64,000 bases of DNA from an uncultured Chloroflexia bacterium (GTDB lineage: Bacteria > Chloroflexota > UBA6077 > JACCZL01): positions 1-64,000 of the forward strand of contig CAVXYC010000019.1 of NCBI GenBank assembly GCA_963765765.1. Reading direction: 5' to 3'. A program made the translations under genes and the position numbers. Below the pieces are notes generated by a model. That model was not told the origin of the DNA. It was given only the letters and a program-made list of their open reading frames with translations, and made no database searches. This document shows positions 41,775-53,828 of the stretch, one piece after another (the first letter of the stretch is position 1; each line of letters begins with the position of its first letter).

Positions 41775-42842
41775 GTGACCACCAGCACGATCCTGAGCTC
41801 GGGCTCGGCAGCCGGGCTGGCGAGCAAAGAGCTTGCCATTTCCGCCGACTCGCACGTACTCGAGCCGCGCGACCTCTGGACTTCGCGCCTACCGGCTGGG
41901 CTGCGTGACCGTGTGCCAGAGCTTCCGAATCGCCGCGAAGACAAGCCGGGGGCCACGGACCCGGCAGATCGCCTGGGCGTGATGCAACGCGACTCGGTGA
42001 GTATGGAGGTGCTCTACCCGACCTACGCGCTGACTCAGTTCGCAATGGAGGATCGGGGGCTCCAGGAAGCCTGCTTCCGGGTGTACAACGACTGGCTGGT
42101 GGAATACTGCGCGGCAACCCCCGGCCGACTCGTGGGTATTCCGTGCATCTCGACCTACGACATTCAGAGCGCCGTCAAGGAGCTGGAGCGCTGCGCCAAC
42201 ATGGGGCTAAAGGGCGCTCTTGTCTGGCACGTGCCCCATCCCGACCTGCCATTCACATCGGACCACTACGATCCGCTCTGGGACGCCGCCGGCGAGATGG
42301 CCATGCCGGTCAACCTCCATATCCTGACCGGCTTTAGTTACGCCCGCGACCAGGGTGCCAGGACTGGTGTCGAGACGTATCGTGGGAGTGTTGGCTGGAA
42401 GCTCATCGACGCCGTCAACACGATGTTCGACTTCATCTTCCACGGTGTTCTGCATCGCCATCCCAAGCTCAATGTGGTCCTCGCAGAAAACGAGATGGGC
42501 TGGGTGCCGTGGGTCCTTCAGCAGTGGGACTATTATGCTCGACGCTTTGGCGAAAAGAACCCGCTCCCCAGCGGGATCTTACCCAGTGAGTCGTTCAACA
42601 AGCAGGTCTACTTCACGTTCTTCAACGATGCCGTTGGCGCTCGCTCGTTCCAGTGGGACTGGGGAGTGAACAACTGCATGTGGTCCAATGACTTCCCGCA
42701 CGGGAATACAACCTGGCCGAACTCCCGCGAGATCATTGCCAGGGACCTCAGCATGCTCCCCGAAGACGCGCGCGCCAAGCTGCTTCGCGAGAACGTGGCC
42801 CGACTCTACAACCTCACCATTCCTGAGCCAATCGATGCCTAA
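41775..42842 (+). CDS. Amidohydrolase_2 family protein
   Basis: ISADSH, YNDWL, NLHILTG, AENEMGW, WSNDFPH. Confidence 0.88.
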   Translation: MTTSTILSSGSAAGLASKELAISADSHVLEPRDLWTSRLPAGLRDRVPELPNRREDKPGATDPADRLGVMQRDSVSMEVLYPTYALTQFAMEDRGLQEACFRVYNDWLVEYCAATPGRLVGIPCISTYDIQSAVKELERCANMGLKGALVWHVPHPDLPFTSDHYDPLWDAAGEMAMPVNLHILTGFSYARDQGARTGVETYRGSVGWKLIDAVNTMFDFIFHGVLHRHPKLNVVLAENEMGWVPWVLQQWDYYARRFGEKNPLPSGILPSESFNKQVYFTFFNDAVGARSFQWDWGVNNCMWSNDFPHGNTTWPNSREIIARDLSMLPEDARAKLLRENVARLYNLTIPEPIDA

Positions 42843-42866
42843 GGGCGTATAGAAGGAGGACTCGTC

Positions 42867-43337
42867 ATGGCCGTCTCGAACCCGATCACCCAGACCCGAA
42901 CCGAACCACAGGCCAGCGTATTCAACCTGGCTGGCACACCGCTGCTCTCCAGCGGAATGACTGACTCCGTTGTTGCTAAATCGGACAATCTCGTGGGCCG
43001 CATCAAGGTCTATGCGGAAGGCGGCGAGAACGCGCTCCACTGTCATGCGCACGAGGAGCACGTCTTCCTGGTGCTGGCCGGTCAGGCCACGTTCTATCTC
43101 GGACGCGAGGAGCGACCTCAGGTCGTGGAGAAGTTTCAGGGCGTACACCTGCCCTCGGGCGCTTTCTACCGCTTTCACAGCACGGGCGATGAGAACCTGG
43201 TGATGTTCCGGGTGGGCACTGGCAAAAAAGGGCAGGACGATCGCATGGGTCCCTCTGGCGCCCCATTGCCCGGTCACAGCAAGGAGAACAAGACGACGCC
43301 AGGTGTAGTGGCGCCTGGCAAGGTTTTCACTCCGTAA
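42867..43337 (+). CDS. Cupin domain protein
   Basis: GGENALHCHAHEEHVFLVLAG; same family as 3073-3546. Confidence 0.82.
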   Translation: MAVSNPITQTRTEPQASVFNLAGTPLLSSGMTDSVVAKSDNLVGRIKVYAEGGENALHCHAHEEHVFLVLAGQATFYLGREERPQVVEKFQGVHLPSGAFYRFHSTGDENLVMFRVGTGKKGQDDRMGPSGAPLPGHSKENKTTPGVVAPGKVFTP

Positions 43338-43351
43338 CGCGCGACCCGGCT

Positions 43352-43437
43352 CGTAGTGCGGAACTTATTCCGCCGTCCCCTTCCGATATCGCCTTGCGGA
43401 TGTCCCGGAAGTCGGCGGAATAATTTCCGCACAAACG
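43352..43437. repeat. GTAG-type REP doublet
   Basis: CGTAGTGCGGAACTTATTCCGCCG / CGGCGGAATAATTTCCGCACAAACG. Confidence 0.65.
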
Positions 43438-43499
43438 GGCCATCGCATCTCGACGCGAGTATTGGGGCCGGGGATACGGCCCGTATCAGGAGGAGCCCT

Positions 43500-44724
43500 A
43501 TGACCCGCCGCCCATCGGCTTGGAGCCCTCGTCTCATTCTGCTCAGCGTGGCGTCTGCGCTTATTGTTTCTGCCTGCAGCTCAGGCGGGCAGCAGCCGGC
43601 CGCGCCAGCTAAACAGGAAAGCAAGCCTGCATCGGAAGCGGCGCCAGCCAAGTCGGCGCCCGCCCCTACACAGGCCGCCGCCGCTCCGGCGCAAAAAGCC
43701 GCCGAACCAGCGGCAAAGGTCGCCGAGCCAGCCGCACAGTCCGCATCAGGCGATGCCGCGGTGGCCGATTTCTACCGCGGCAAGACCGTGCAGATCATCG
43801 TGGCCTATGATCCCGGCGGTCTCTATGACACGTGGGCACGCATTTTGAGTCGGCATATGCCCAAGCACATCCCCGGCAATCCGACGGTCATCGTTCAGAA
43901 CATGCCCGGTGCCGGCGGGATGAGGGCCATGAGCCACCTGTACAACGCTGCGCCCCAGGATGGGACGGTGCTGGCGACGTTTTCTGGAGCCCTGCCGATG
44001 AACCAGGCGCGCGGCGAGCCTGGTGTGGATTGGGACGGAGCTAAGTTCAATTGGATCGGTGTCGTCTCACCCACCTACTTCGCTTGCCTGGCACGCTCCG
44101 ATACTCCGAGAGGCGTAGTTGAGTTCAGCAAGCTCCTGAATAACAAGACGTCCAGCCTCTCGTCCTGGGCACCACCGGTACAGGCAACCAGGCCTACGAT
44201 TTTCCGACGCTCTGGTCGCACCTCCTGGGTGGCGACTTTAAGGTGGTCACGGGCTATGGCGGCAATAACGCCGTACGGCTGGCCATCGAGTCTAAGGAGC
44301 TCGACGGCTACTGTGGTACGTGGGAGGCGATGAAGCCGGGCACGCTTTCATGGAAAGACGCAGGCATCCCATTCAACGTGTTCGTCCAGGAAGCGGATGC
44401 CAAGGCGCCAGATCTCAATGCACCCTGGCCCACGATTTCGTGAGCAACGCCGAGGATCGCAAGTTGTTCGACGCGGTGTCGCGCCCCAATGCCATAACGC
44501 GGGCGTACGCCATGGGCCCCGGAGTTCCACCGGAGCGAGTGGCGGCCATCGAGAAAGCGTTCCTGGACTCCTTTAAGGACCCGGCACTTCTGGAAGAAGC
44601 CAAGAAGGGTGATTTCGACGTGGCGCCCCAGGGCGGGAAGTTTGTAGCCGACAGGGTCAAGGCGATCCTGGAGACCGAGCCGGCCGTCCTGCAGCGTATG
44701 AAGGAGCTCATCCCGACCGGTTGA
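43500..44724 (+). CDS. tctC: Tripartite tricarboxylate transporter substrate-binding protein (TctC/Bug); frameshifts near 44150 and 44420
   Basis: FYRGKTVQIIV.Y.PGG.YD, PGNPTVIVQNMPGAGG, PGVPPERV. Confidence 0.82.
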
Positions 44725-44740
44725 TTCCCGACAAGGTATT

Positions 44741-44826
44741 CCGTATTGACGGGCTTCTAACCCGTCCGCGCAGCGATTCACTCTCTACGTGTGCTACGCG
44801 GTCGGGCTAGAAGCCCGTTGCTACGG
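44741..44826. repeat. GTAG-type REP doublet
   Basis: CCGTATTGACGGGCTTCTAACCCG / CGGGCTAGAAGCCCGTTGCTACGG. Confidence 0.65.
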
Positions 44827-44878
44827 AGCTGGGACGCCGCAGGGCGTCAGGACCAGGAACGGAGCGCAGACGAGACCC

Positions 44879-46870
44879 ATGGACGCCAATCTCCTTGCAA
44901 GCTTCATCGACGGCTTCTTCAGCGTATTCACCTGGCCCACGTTCGGCTTCCTTCTGATTGGCATCGCCATCGGCTTTGCCGTGGGAATCTTGCCCGGGCT
45001 AGGCGGCGCCGTGACGATGGCGTTGATGCTGCCCTTCACCTTCGACATGAGCCCTGTCGGAGCGTTCGCCTTCCTTCTGGGGATGCTTGCGGTCACCAGT
45101 ACCACCGGTGACATCACCTCCATCCTCTTTGGGGTGCCGGGTGAGGCGTCATCGGCGGCACTAATCATCGATGGGCATCCACTAGCCAAGGATGGGCAAG
45201 CCGGGCGCGCCCTGGGCGCGGCGTTGATCAGCTCGCTCATGGGCGCGGTCGTCGGAGCGTTCGCCATTGTCCTGGCTGTGCCGATCATTCGTCCGCTGGT
45301 GCTCTCCATCGGCACCCCTGAGTTCTTCATGCTGACCGTGCTCGGCATCACATTCATCGCCTCGCTCAGCAACCGGCAGGTGCTCAAGGGACTGGTGGTG
45401 GGCATGGCTGGGCTTCTCCTATCGGCGGTGGGTAAGGATCCGCAGACCAGCGTGGACCGCTACGCCTTCGGTCAGCTCTTCTTATGGGACGGTGTCAGCC
45501 TGGTAGCCATGACCGTGGGCTTGTTTGCCATTCCCGAGCTGGTTGGGCTGGCAGTCAAGGGAACGGCCATTTCGGAGTCGGGCGTGCACAAGCTGGGCGG
45601 TGTGTGGGAAGGGGTGAAGGACTGCTTTCGACACTGGGCGCTCATTCTTCGCTGCAGTGCTCTGGGTACCTTTATTGGCATTCTTCCGGGCGTAGGCGGA
45701 TCGGTGAGCCAGTGGATGGCCTACGCGCACTCCGTCCAGAGCTCGCGTGAGCAGCATCGATTCGGCAAGGGGGCCATTGAAGGCGTCGTGGGGCCGGGTG
45801 CGTGTAACAACTCGAACCTCGGCGGCTCGCTCATTCCAGCTATCGCGTTTGGATTGCCGGGATCAGTGACCATGGCGATCCTGCTGGGCGCATTCATGAT
45901 TCACGGTATCGTGCCCGGACCAGCCATGCTCACCCGCAACTTGAGTCTGACTATGTCGTTCGTGTGGCTGGTGGTGATCTCTAACGTGATCACAGTTGCC
46001 GTCTGCTTTCTGTTCTTGCGCCGCCTCGCCGGCCTCACCATGATTCGCGGAAGCTTGCTGATCCCGACGATCATCCTGCTCATTTACATCGCATCGTTCT
46101 CGGAAAAGAACGCGATGGAAGACGTTTTCATGATGCTGGCTTTCGGGGTGCTGGGCTTGATCATGGCCTGGCTCAAGTGGCCAACGCCGCCACTGATCCT
46201 GGGCTTGGTGCTCGGCCGTCTGGCAGAGGGGTACGTCTTTATCTCCACCGAGCGGTACGGATCGGCCTGGCTGACCCGGCCCGGCGTGATTGGACTGGCG
46301 GTAGTGTGCCTGCTTGTTGTGGCGTTTCCGTTCATCCAGAAACGGATCTGGAATCGAAGGGCGGATGGGGAAGACGAGCAGGCCGCGGAGCTGCTTCCGC
46401 GAGGTCGGGAGCTCCCGGACATCGTCTTTACCGTCATTCTTCTTGCGCTTGCGGCCGGGGCCGTCTGGGGCGCCAGCGCCTGGAGCATGCGCGCGGCGCT
46501 CTTTCCGCGTAGCATGGCACTGGCCATGCTGGCGCTCTCGCTTGCCTTGCTGTTGATGCAGGTAATCCGGCTTGTGCGCGGATCCAGGGCCAACCGGATC
46601 GATGCCCCGAGTGAGACGGTTGTGCATTCGGATGAGCGAGGCCGCGCGCGCTGGCTTGGCATCTGGCTGCTAGGATTCCTGGGCGCTATCCTGGCACTGG
46701 GTTTTCCCATCGGCGGAACGATCGCCACGCTTGGCTATCTCCGTACCTATGGCCGCGAGGCGTGGGTGCCCAGCATCATCGTCACCGCCATCGTCGCGGC
46801 CTTCTTCGGAATTACCGTTTACGGCCTGCACCTGCCGTACCCGGCGGGGCTGATCAAACTCCCTACCTGA
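44879..46870 (+). CDS. tctA: Tripartite tricarboxylate transporter TctA with fused C-terminal TctB-like domain
   Basis: GILPGLGG, ILFGVPG, DGHPLA, FGKGAIEG, HGIVPGP; extra ~150 aa 4-TM C-terminus with FP and LPYP.G motifs. Confidence 0.85.
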   Translation: MDANLLASFIDGFFSVFTWPTFGFLLIGIAIGFAVGILPGLGGAVTMALMLPFTFDMSPVGAFAFLLGMLAVTSTTGDITSILFGVPGEASSAALIIDGHPLAKDGQAGRALGAALISSLMGAVVGAFAIVLAVPIIRPLVLSIGTPEFFMLTVLGITFIASLSNRQVLKGLVVGMAGLLLSAVGKDPQTSVDRYAFGQLFLWDGVSLVAMTVGLFAIPELVGLAVKGTAISESGVHKLGGVWEGVKDCFRHWALILRCSALGTFIGILPGVGGSVSQWMAYAHSVQSSREQHRFGKGAIEGVVGPGACNNSNLGGSLIPAIAFGLPGSVTMAILLGAFMIHGIVPGPAMLTRNLSLTMSFVWLVVISNVITVAVCFLFLRRLAGLTMIRGSLLIPTIILLIYIASFSEKNAMEDVFMMLAFGVLGLIMAWLKWPTPPLILGLVLGRLAEGYVFISTERYGSAWLTRPGVIGLAVVCLLVVAFPFIQKRIWNRRADGEDEQAAELLPRGRELPDIVFTVILLALAAGAVWGASAWSMRAALFPRSMALAMLALSLALLLMQVIRLVRGSRANRIDAPSETVVHSDERGRARWLGIWLLGFLGAILALGFPIGGTIATLGYLRTYGREAWVPSIIVTAIVAAFFGITVYGLHLPYPAGLIKLPT

Positions 46871-46969
46871 GATGCTTGGCGCTTCTGGACTGCGTGCAGT
46901 TAGCCCCGCTCCGGGCACCCTATGATTCATCAACATTCCGAGATGAGTGCCTAGCCCGCGGAGCCCACC

Positions 46970-49900
46970 ATGCAGCACCTCGATCGCCCGGTCGTCTGCC
47001 CCGTCTTGATCGGTCGCGCGCCGCACCTCGAAGTCCTCGAGCGCTATCTAAAGCAGGCCGTCGAGAATCGAGGTCAGACGCTGCTCATCGCCGGGGAGGC
47101 GGGTGTCGGCAAGTCGCGGCTTCGTGGCCGAGGCGCGGGAGCGGGCCGCGCGACTCGGTATGGCGGTCCTGGAGGGCCACTGCTTCGAGTCGCACCGGTC
47201 CCTCCCGTACGCGCCGCTGATCGACCTGCTCCGCTCGGCGGCGCCTGGTGACCGACCGGCCGGCTCGTCGACGGAACAGCTCGTCGAGGCGATCGGGCCT
47301 GGCACGCTCGAGCTGGTCAGGATTCTGCCGGAGCTGACGCCGCTGGTACCCGTGCCACGCCCCCGCGCTGGCGGCGGAGCAATCCGAGCAGGAGAAGCAT
47401 CGCTCTTCCGCGCCCTGTCTGACGGCGTGCGTGCGGCTTGCCGCCGCCCGGCCCGCGCTGGTGATCGTCGAGGATGCGCACTGGAGCGACGACGCGAGCC
47501 TGGACTTCCTGGCAGACCTGGCGCGCCAGATCGCCGCGCTCCCGATTCTCCTCCTGGTCACCTATCGCGACGATGAGGTCTCGCCCGCCCTATCGAAGCT
47601 CCTGGCCGGAGCTTGACCGGCAGCGGCTGGCAGTCGAGCTGCGCCTGGCGCGCCTGGATCGCGCCGAGGTGGACGAGATGCTGCGGGCTATCTGCGGCTT
47701 GGAGCGCCCGGTCCGCCCCGCATTCGTCCGACGCCATGTTCTCCCTGACGGACGGGAACCCGTTCTTCATCGAGGAAGTGCTGCGATCTCTCGTCGCGAC
47801 GGGCGACATCGAGGTCTCGGCGACCGATGGCGTATGGGACCACCGACCGATCGGCCAGCTCCAGAGTCCCGCGCTCGGTGCGGGACGCGGTCGAACGGCG
47901 CACGGCGCAGTTGAGCGCTGCTGGGCGACACACGCTGTCACTGGCGGCCGTGGCCGGCCAGCGCTTCGACGTCGAGCTTCTCAAAGCGCTGACCGGAGCC
48001 GACGAGTCCGAGCTCCTGCAGTCGATCAAGGAGCTGCTCGCCGCCGGGCTGGTCATCGAGGAGTCCGCCGACCGGTTCGCGTTCCGCCACGCGCTCACGC
48101 GCGAGGCGGTCCGCGCGGGCCTGCTGGCCCGCGAGCGGAAGGCGCTCCACCGGGCGATCGCCGAAGCGCATCGAGCGGGTCCATGGCCCGTCACCGACCG
48201 CTCGCTCGAGGCGCATGTCGCGGACCTTGCCTACCACTTCTACGAAGCGGAGGTCTGGGACAGGGCGCTGCTGTATGCGCCGCGCGCAGGCGAGCAGGCC
48301 CAGGCGCTCTATGCGCCGCGCGCGGCGGTGGAGCACTTCACGCGCGCGCTGGAGGCGGCACGGCGACTCGGCGTCGAGCCGCCGTCGGATCTCCTCCGCG
48401 CACGGGGCCAGGCGTACGAGACGCTGGGGGAGTTCGAGTCGGCCCGCGCTGACTTCGAGGCCGTCCTGGAGCAGGCGCGCGCCGCGGGCGACCAGCACAC
48501 GGAATGGCAGGCGCTCGTCGACCTCGGCGCCGCCTGGATGGGGCGCAGCTACGAGCGCGGCGGAGAGTACTACCGATCGGCATTGGAGCTGGCGCGACAG
48601 ATCGGCGAGCGCGATCCGCGCCCCGCTCGCCCGCACCCTCAACTGCGTCGGCAACTGGCACACGAACCTCGAGCAGCCGGCCCAGGCGGTGACCATCACC
48701 GCGAGGCGCTGACGCTCTTCCAGCGCGGTGGACGATCGGCGCGGTGTCGCCGAGACGCTGGATCATCTCGGGATGGCCTGCTTCCTGGGCGGCGATCTCA
48801 TCGAGGCCACCGAGCATTTCGAGCAGGCGTGGCGCTCTTGCGCGAGCTCGACCATCGCCACGGGCTCGCATCGGCGCTGGCGACGCTGGCGATCGCGAGC
48901 GGAGGCGGCCACTTCGGGGACCTCATGGTGGTGCCGACGACGACTTCGGTCGCTCGCGGCGCGACGCCGAGGCGGCGCTCGAGATCGCGCGCGACATCGG
49001 GTGGCGTGCCGGCGAGGCGTACGCCCTGAACTGCGTCGCCAACACCTGCCTCGCAACGGGCGCCTACACCCGCGTCGCGGCGGCGGCGCGCAGCAGCGCT
49101 GCGCCTTGCCGAAGAGCTCGAGCACTCGCGAATGGATCGTCTACGCCGTATGCACACTGGGGACGCTGTACCTCGACCTGCTAGCGACGTCGGACGCTCG
49201 GGCGCAGTACGACCGAGCGGTCGCGCGTTGCCACGAAGACCGCGTCGCGCTACTGGATGCGCTTCTCGTCGGCGCTCGCCGCGCTGGCCTGCGTCGAGCA
49301 GGGCGACTGGGCGCGGGCGGAATCGCTGCTGGAGGGGTTGGTCGAACTCACCCGCCCCGCGCAGACCTGGGCCGAGCGTGCGATCTGGTACGCCCACGCC
49401 CGGCTGGCGCTCGCCCGGGGCGATCCCGCCACGGCGCTGCGGCTGGCGGACGAGCTGATCGCCTCGCGAGCCGAACGCGACACAGGACCGCCCGATGCGC
49501 CGCCTGACCTACCTGCGCGGCGAGGCGCTGGCGGCGCTCGGGCGGCTGGCCGAGGCAGAGGCTGCGCTGCTGGCCGCCCGGCGAGCGGCGACCGAACAAG
49601 GCGCGCGACCGCTGCTCTGGCGGATCGAGGCCGCTCTCGGTCGGGTTCAGTGGCCGAGCAGGGGCGACGGCGCGGAGGCCGAAGCCGCGTTCGCGGCGGC
49701 GCGCCCGTCGTGGAAGGGCTCGCCGCCGGAGGTGCCGGACCCGACCCTGCGCGCAGGACTTTCTGAGGAGCGCGACCGACCTCGTTGCCGCGGCCGCGCC
49801 GCTCACACCGCGCCAGGCTGCCAAGGAGGCCTTCGGCGGGCTGACCGCGCGCGAGTGCGACGTGGCGGCGCTCGTCGGCCGGGGCAAGTCGAACCGAGAG

Positions 49901-50151
49901 ATCGCCGCCGCCCTCGTTCTCGGCGAGCGGACCGTCCAGACCCACGTCGGCCACATCCTCGGCAAGCTCGGCTTCACCTCGCGCGCCCAGATCGCCGCCT
50001 GGGCCGCGGAACGCGGCCTGGCGAGCGACCACGGAGACCGACACGGTGTAGCCACAGCGGCGGGTCCCAGATCCGTTCGATATCACGGCGCCACCGCTCC
50101 GGCGATGCCGGCTCGGCACCCGAGCGGGTCGGGCTGGAAACGACGCGCTGA
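46970..50151 (+). CDS. Large ATP-binding LuxR-family regulator (AAA_16 + TPR + LuxR HTH); many frameshifts, end uncertain
   Basis: GEAGVGKSRL, VEDAHWSD, TDGNPFFIEE, FAFRHAL; LTARE..VAALVGRGKSNREIA ... HVGHILGKLG. Confidence 0.8.
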
Positions 50152-50301
50152 ATGGGTCCGGTATTGTCCGCATGGCGCAAATCTCCGTATGGTCGGATCG
50201 AAGATTCCGCCGATCTGACGATGGCGCGTGGCCGTCGGCCGGGTGAAGATGGAGCGTCGGTCGGGCCACAACAAATCCCACCCCGGCCGCGGGAGGCAGA
50301 G

Positions 50302-51389
50302 ATGACTATCAAGGAGAAGACACCGGTCGGCACGGATGACGCCGATCGACGAGACGAAGCTCAACGCGTTTCTCGCGAAGGTCCTCGACGACTGGGGTGC
50401 GGTCTCGAGCGCCCCGCTGGTGATGATCGGCGACAGGCTCGGCCTGTACGACGCGATGGCCAGGCCGGCCCAGTGACTCTCGGAGGAGCTGGCGCAGCCA
50501 GACCGGGACCTACGAGCGATATGTCCGCGAGTGGCTGCTCAACCAGGCGGCCGGCGGCTACGTCGAGTACGACCCGACGAGCGGCCGTTACACGCTGCCA
50601 CCCGAGCACGCGGCGTTGCTCTCCCAGCCTGTTCGGCGGGTTCCAGACGTACCTGGCGGCGGCCAGGGCCGAAGTCGCGCATCGCGGAGGCATTCCGGAC
50701 TGGCGAGGGATGCCTGGGGCGAGCACGACGCCGAGCGTCTTCGTGGGGTCGAGCGCTTCTTCCGTCCCGGCTACGAGCAGTTCCTCGTCTCGTCCTGGAT
50801 CCCGGCCCTTGATGGCGTCGCCGACGAAGCTGGAGCAGGGCGCGACGGTGGCCGACGTCGGATGCGGACACGGGGCCTCCACGATCATCCTGGCCCAGGC
50901 TTATCCGACACTCGCGGTTCGTCGGCTTCGACAACCACGAAGCCTCGATCGAAGCCGCGCGGCGGGCAGCGACCGAGGCTGGCGTCAGTGATCGCGCCTC
51001 GTTCGAGGTCGTCTCGGCGACCGACTATCCGACCCCGCTCAGCGGCTACGACCTGATCGCCTTCTTCGATTGCTTGCACGACCTCGGGGATCCGGTTGGA
51101 GTCCAGCCAGAGCACGCCTGTCAGGCGCTGGCGACCGGAGGGACGGTGATGATCGTCGAGCCGATGGCCGGCGAGCGCGTCGAGGACAACCTGAACCCGC
51201 TCGGCCGCGCACTCTCGGGCGCGTCCACGATGCTCTGCACGCCCCATTCGCGCGCCACCGGAGGTCCGGCCCTGGGCGCCCTCGCCAGCGAGGCCCGGTT
51301 GCGTGAGGTCGTCACCGCCGGCGGCTTCGGCACCGTTCCGGCGAGCCACCGAGACGCCGTTCAATCGGGTCTTCGAGGCTCGAAGGTAG
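50302..51389 (+). CDS. Class I SAM-dependent methyltransferase with N-terminal wHTH (Rv2258c-like); frameshifted
   Basis: GDRLGLY, REWLLNQAAGGY, ADVGCGHG, FDCLHDLGDP, ETPFNRVFEAR. Confidence 0.8.
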
Positions 51390-51553
51390 GCGCCTGGCCA
51401 GCGTCTACGGTGGCATTGCACGCGCCCAGGGCCGAATCCATGGGACGACTCCAGCCCGAGCAGAGCGTCGACCGATTCGGAGGAAGGCCATGGTGAGAGA
51501 AGCAGTATCTGACTGTGATGACGCAAGCCTACGTCTGGCGGGAGGTAACCACG

Positions 51554-52441
51554 ATGGCAAGAACTCAGCCGTTGAAACTCATGGCGATACTTCGCCCACC
51601 CCGATGACGAGTCGCTCGGCGTCGGCGGCACGTTGGCGACGTACGCCGCGGAAGGGATCGAGACCTACCTGGTCACGGCGACGCGCGGCGAGCGCGGCTG
51701 GGTCGGCGAGCCGGACGCCAACCCGGGACCACGGGCGCTCGGTGAGATCCGCGAGCGCGAGCTGCGCGCCGCGGCCGCGGTGCTGGGCATCAGGCACCTG
51801 GACATTCTCGACTACGTCGACGGAGAGCTCGACCAGGCCGACTCTGGCGGAGATTACGGCGAAGCTCGTCGGGATCGTTCGTCGCGTACGGCCCGATGTC
51901 GTCATCACGTTCGGTCCGGAAGGGGCCTACGGGCATCCGGACCACATCGCGATCTCTCAGTTCACGACCGCGGCGCTCGTGTGTGCCACCGACTCCAGTT
52001 ACATGGATGAGGTCGGCGGCGACCCGACAGCACCGCGTCGCGAAGCTTTACTACAAGATCTGGACAGCGGAAGAGGGGGCGGTTTTCGAGGCCGCCTTTG
52101 GCGACATCGTGATGCTGGTGGATGGCGCGGAGCGTCATGCGATTGCCTGGCCGGAATGGTCGATCACAACGCGGATCGATACCGCTGAGTAGTGGCATAC
52201 CTGCTGGCAGGCTATCTCCTGCCATCGAAGTCAGCTCCGCGTCTACGACGACCTTCTCGCTTTGCCGGAAGAGCAGCATCGAACACTCTGGGGGAATCAG
52301 GGTTTCGCTCGAGCGTTCAGTCTGGTGAACGGCGGTCGCGCCGTGGAGCGCGACCTATTCGAGGGACTCCGGGTCGGCCAGCCCACCACTCATCGGCGGA
52401 AGCGATCCGTGGTGGCGGCCTCAAGAGGCAACTGAGCGTGA
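51554..52441 (+). CDS. PIG-L/LmbE family deacetylase (MshB/BshB-like); frameshifts and an in-frame TAG at 52190, end uncertain
   Basis: AHPDDE, ATRGERG, RPDVVITFGPEGAYGHPDH, ISCHRSQ. Confidence 0.75.
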
Positions 52442-52479
52442 GATCGCAGAACGGACGGTTCCGCCAGATCGCGATCCCA

Positions 52480-52506
52480 TGAAGCTCCCGACGGCCGGGA
52501 GCTTCA
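52480..52506. terminator. Hairpin
   Basis: TGAAGCTCCCG ... CGGGAGCTTCA. Confidence 0.45.
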
Positions 52507-52712
52507 CCTATTTCAAGGGTCCAGAACAGGGTCTCGAAGTCATGCGCTGATGAAGGCGTCACGATTTGAACCCTTGATGCACTCGGTCCCCCGAAGCAAT
52601 CGTCTAGGGTAGCCGCTCTGAATTCACGAGTCCCATTCCTTCACAGCCACGCCTGCCGGGCCTATAGTGCTGAGAGCGTCGATGCGGATTCCTCAAGGCG
52701 GGAGGAGCGGCC

Positions 52713-53760
52713 ATGGAGTTCGGTGTCTTTCATGAGTTCCCCTGGCGGCAGGGCCAGGATGAGGCGAGTGCGTTCGAGGAAGCGTTCGACCTCGTCGACG
52801 CCTGCGAATCCTGGGGCCTGGATGTGCTCTGGCTGGCGGAGCTGCACTTCGAGACACGCTCGGTGCTGGCCTCACCGCTCACCATCGCCAGCGCTATAGC
52901 CGCCCGCACCAAACGCATGAAGATCGGTCTAGCCGTGCAGGTGCTGCCGCTGTGCGATCCGCTGCGGCTGGCCGAGGAGTCGGCCGTAGTCGATCAGATC
53001 AGCCGCGGCCGATTGATTTTCGGCGTCGGCCGAAGTGGCTTCCAGCGCGTCTACAAGGCGTACGGCATTCCCTATGAGGAGAGCCGCGACCGCTTCGCCG
53101 AGACGCTCGAGATCGTGCTCAAGGCCTGGACCCAGGAGACGTTCTCCCACGAGGGGCACTACAAACAGTACAAGGACGTCCGCCTCACCCCCAAGCCCTT
53201 TCAGAAGCCCCACCCGCCGGTCCGCATCGCCGCCACCTCACCGGACACGTATCCGGTGATAGGCCAGCAGGGCTACCCGATCTTCGTCGGCGTCCGATTG
53301 GGCACGTTCTCCGACCTGCATTCCGATATCCAGGCCTATCAGATGGCCTATCGCGAGCATGGCCACGGCGAGAAAGGCCAGGTGTTCCTGCGGGTGCCCG
53401 TGTACGTGGCGGAGACTATGGATCAGGCCATCGCCGAGCCGGAAGAGAGCATCATGATGGTCTACAAGCGCCTGGCCGCCCAGGCCGCCGCAAGCACTGC
53501 TGGCCCGCTGACCGGCACCGCCCGGCGAGCGGGACAACGTGCGAGCGCATCTGGCCCAGGTGACCTATGAAGAGGCTCTGCAGGACAAGGTGGTAGTGGG
53601 CACGCCTGATTCCGTGACGGCCCGCCTCCAGGAGCTACGCGACGAGCTTGGTCTGGACGGGGTCTTGTTCGAGCCGAACTCGGGCGGCATGATCCCCTAC
53701 GAGAAGGTCAAGCGCTCGATGCGGTTGCTATGTGAGGAAGTCATTCCGCGTCTGCGCTAG
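52713..53760 (+). CDS. LLM-class flavin-dependent monooxygenase (frameshift near 53520)
   Basis: WLAELHF, IAARTKRMKIG, DQISRGRLIFGVGR, PKPFQKPHPP, VGTPD. Confidence 0.88.
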
Positions 53761-53785
53761 GTTGTCGATCTCAGCACCGGCTTCG

Positions 53786-53828
53786 GCATGAAACTCCCGG
53801 CGACGGATCGTCGGCGGGAGTTTCATGC
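53786..53828. terminator. Hairpin after the LLM gene
   Basis: GCATGAAACTCCCG ... CGGGAGTTTCATGC. Confidence 0.55.
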
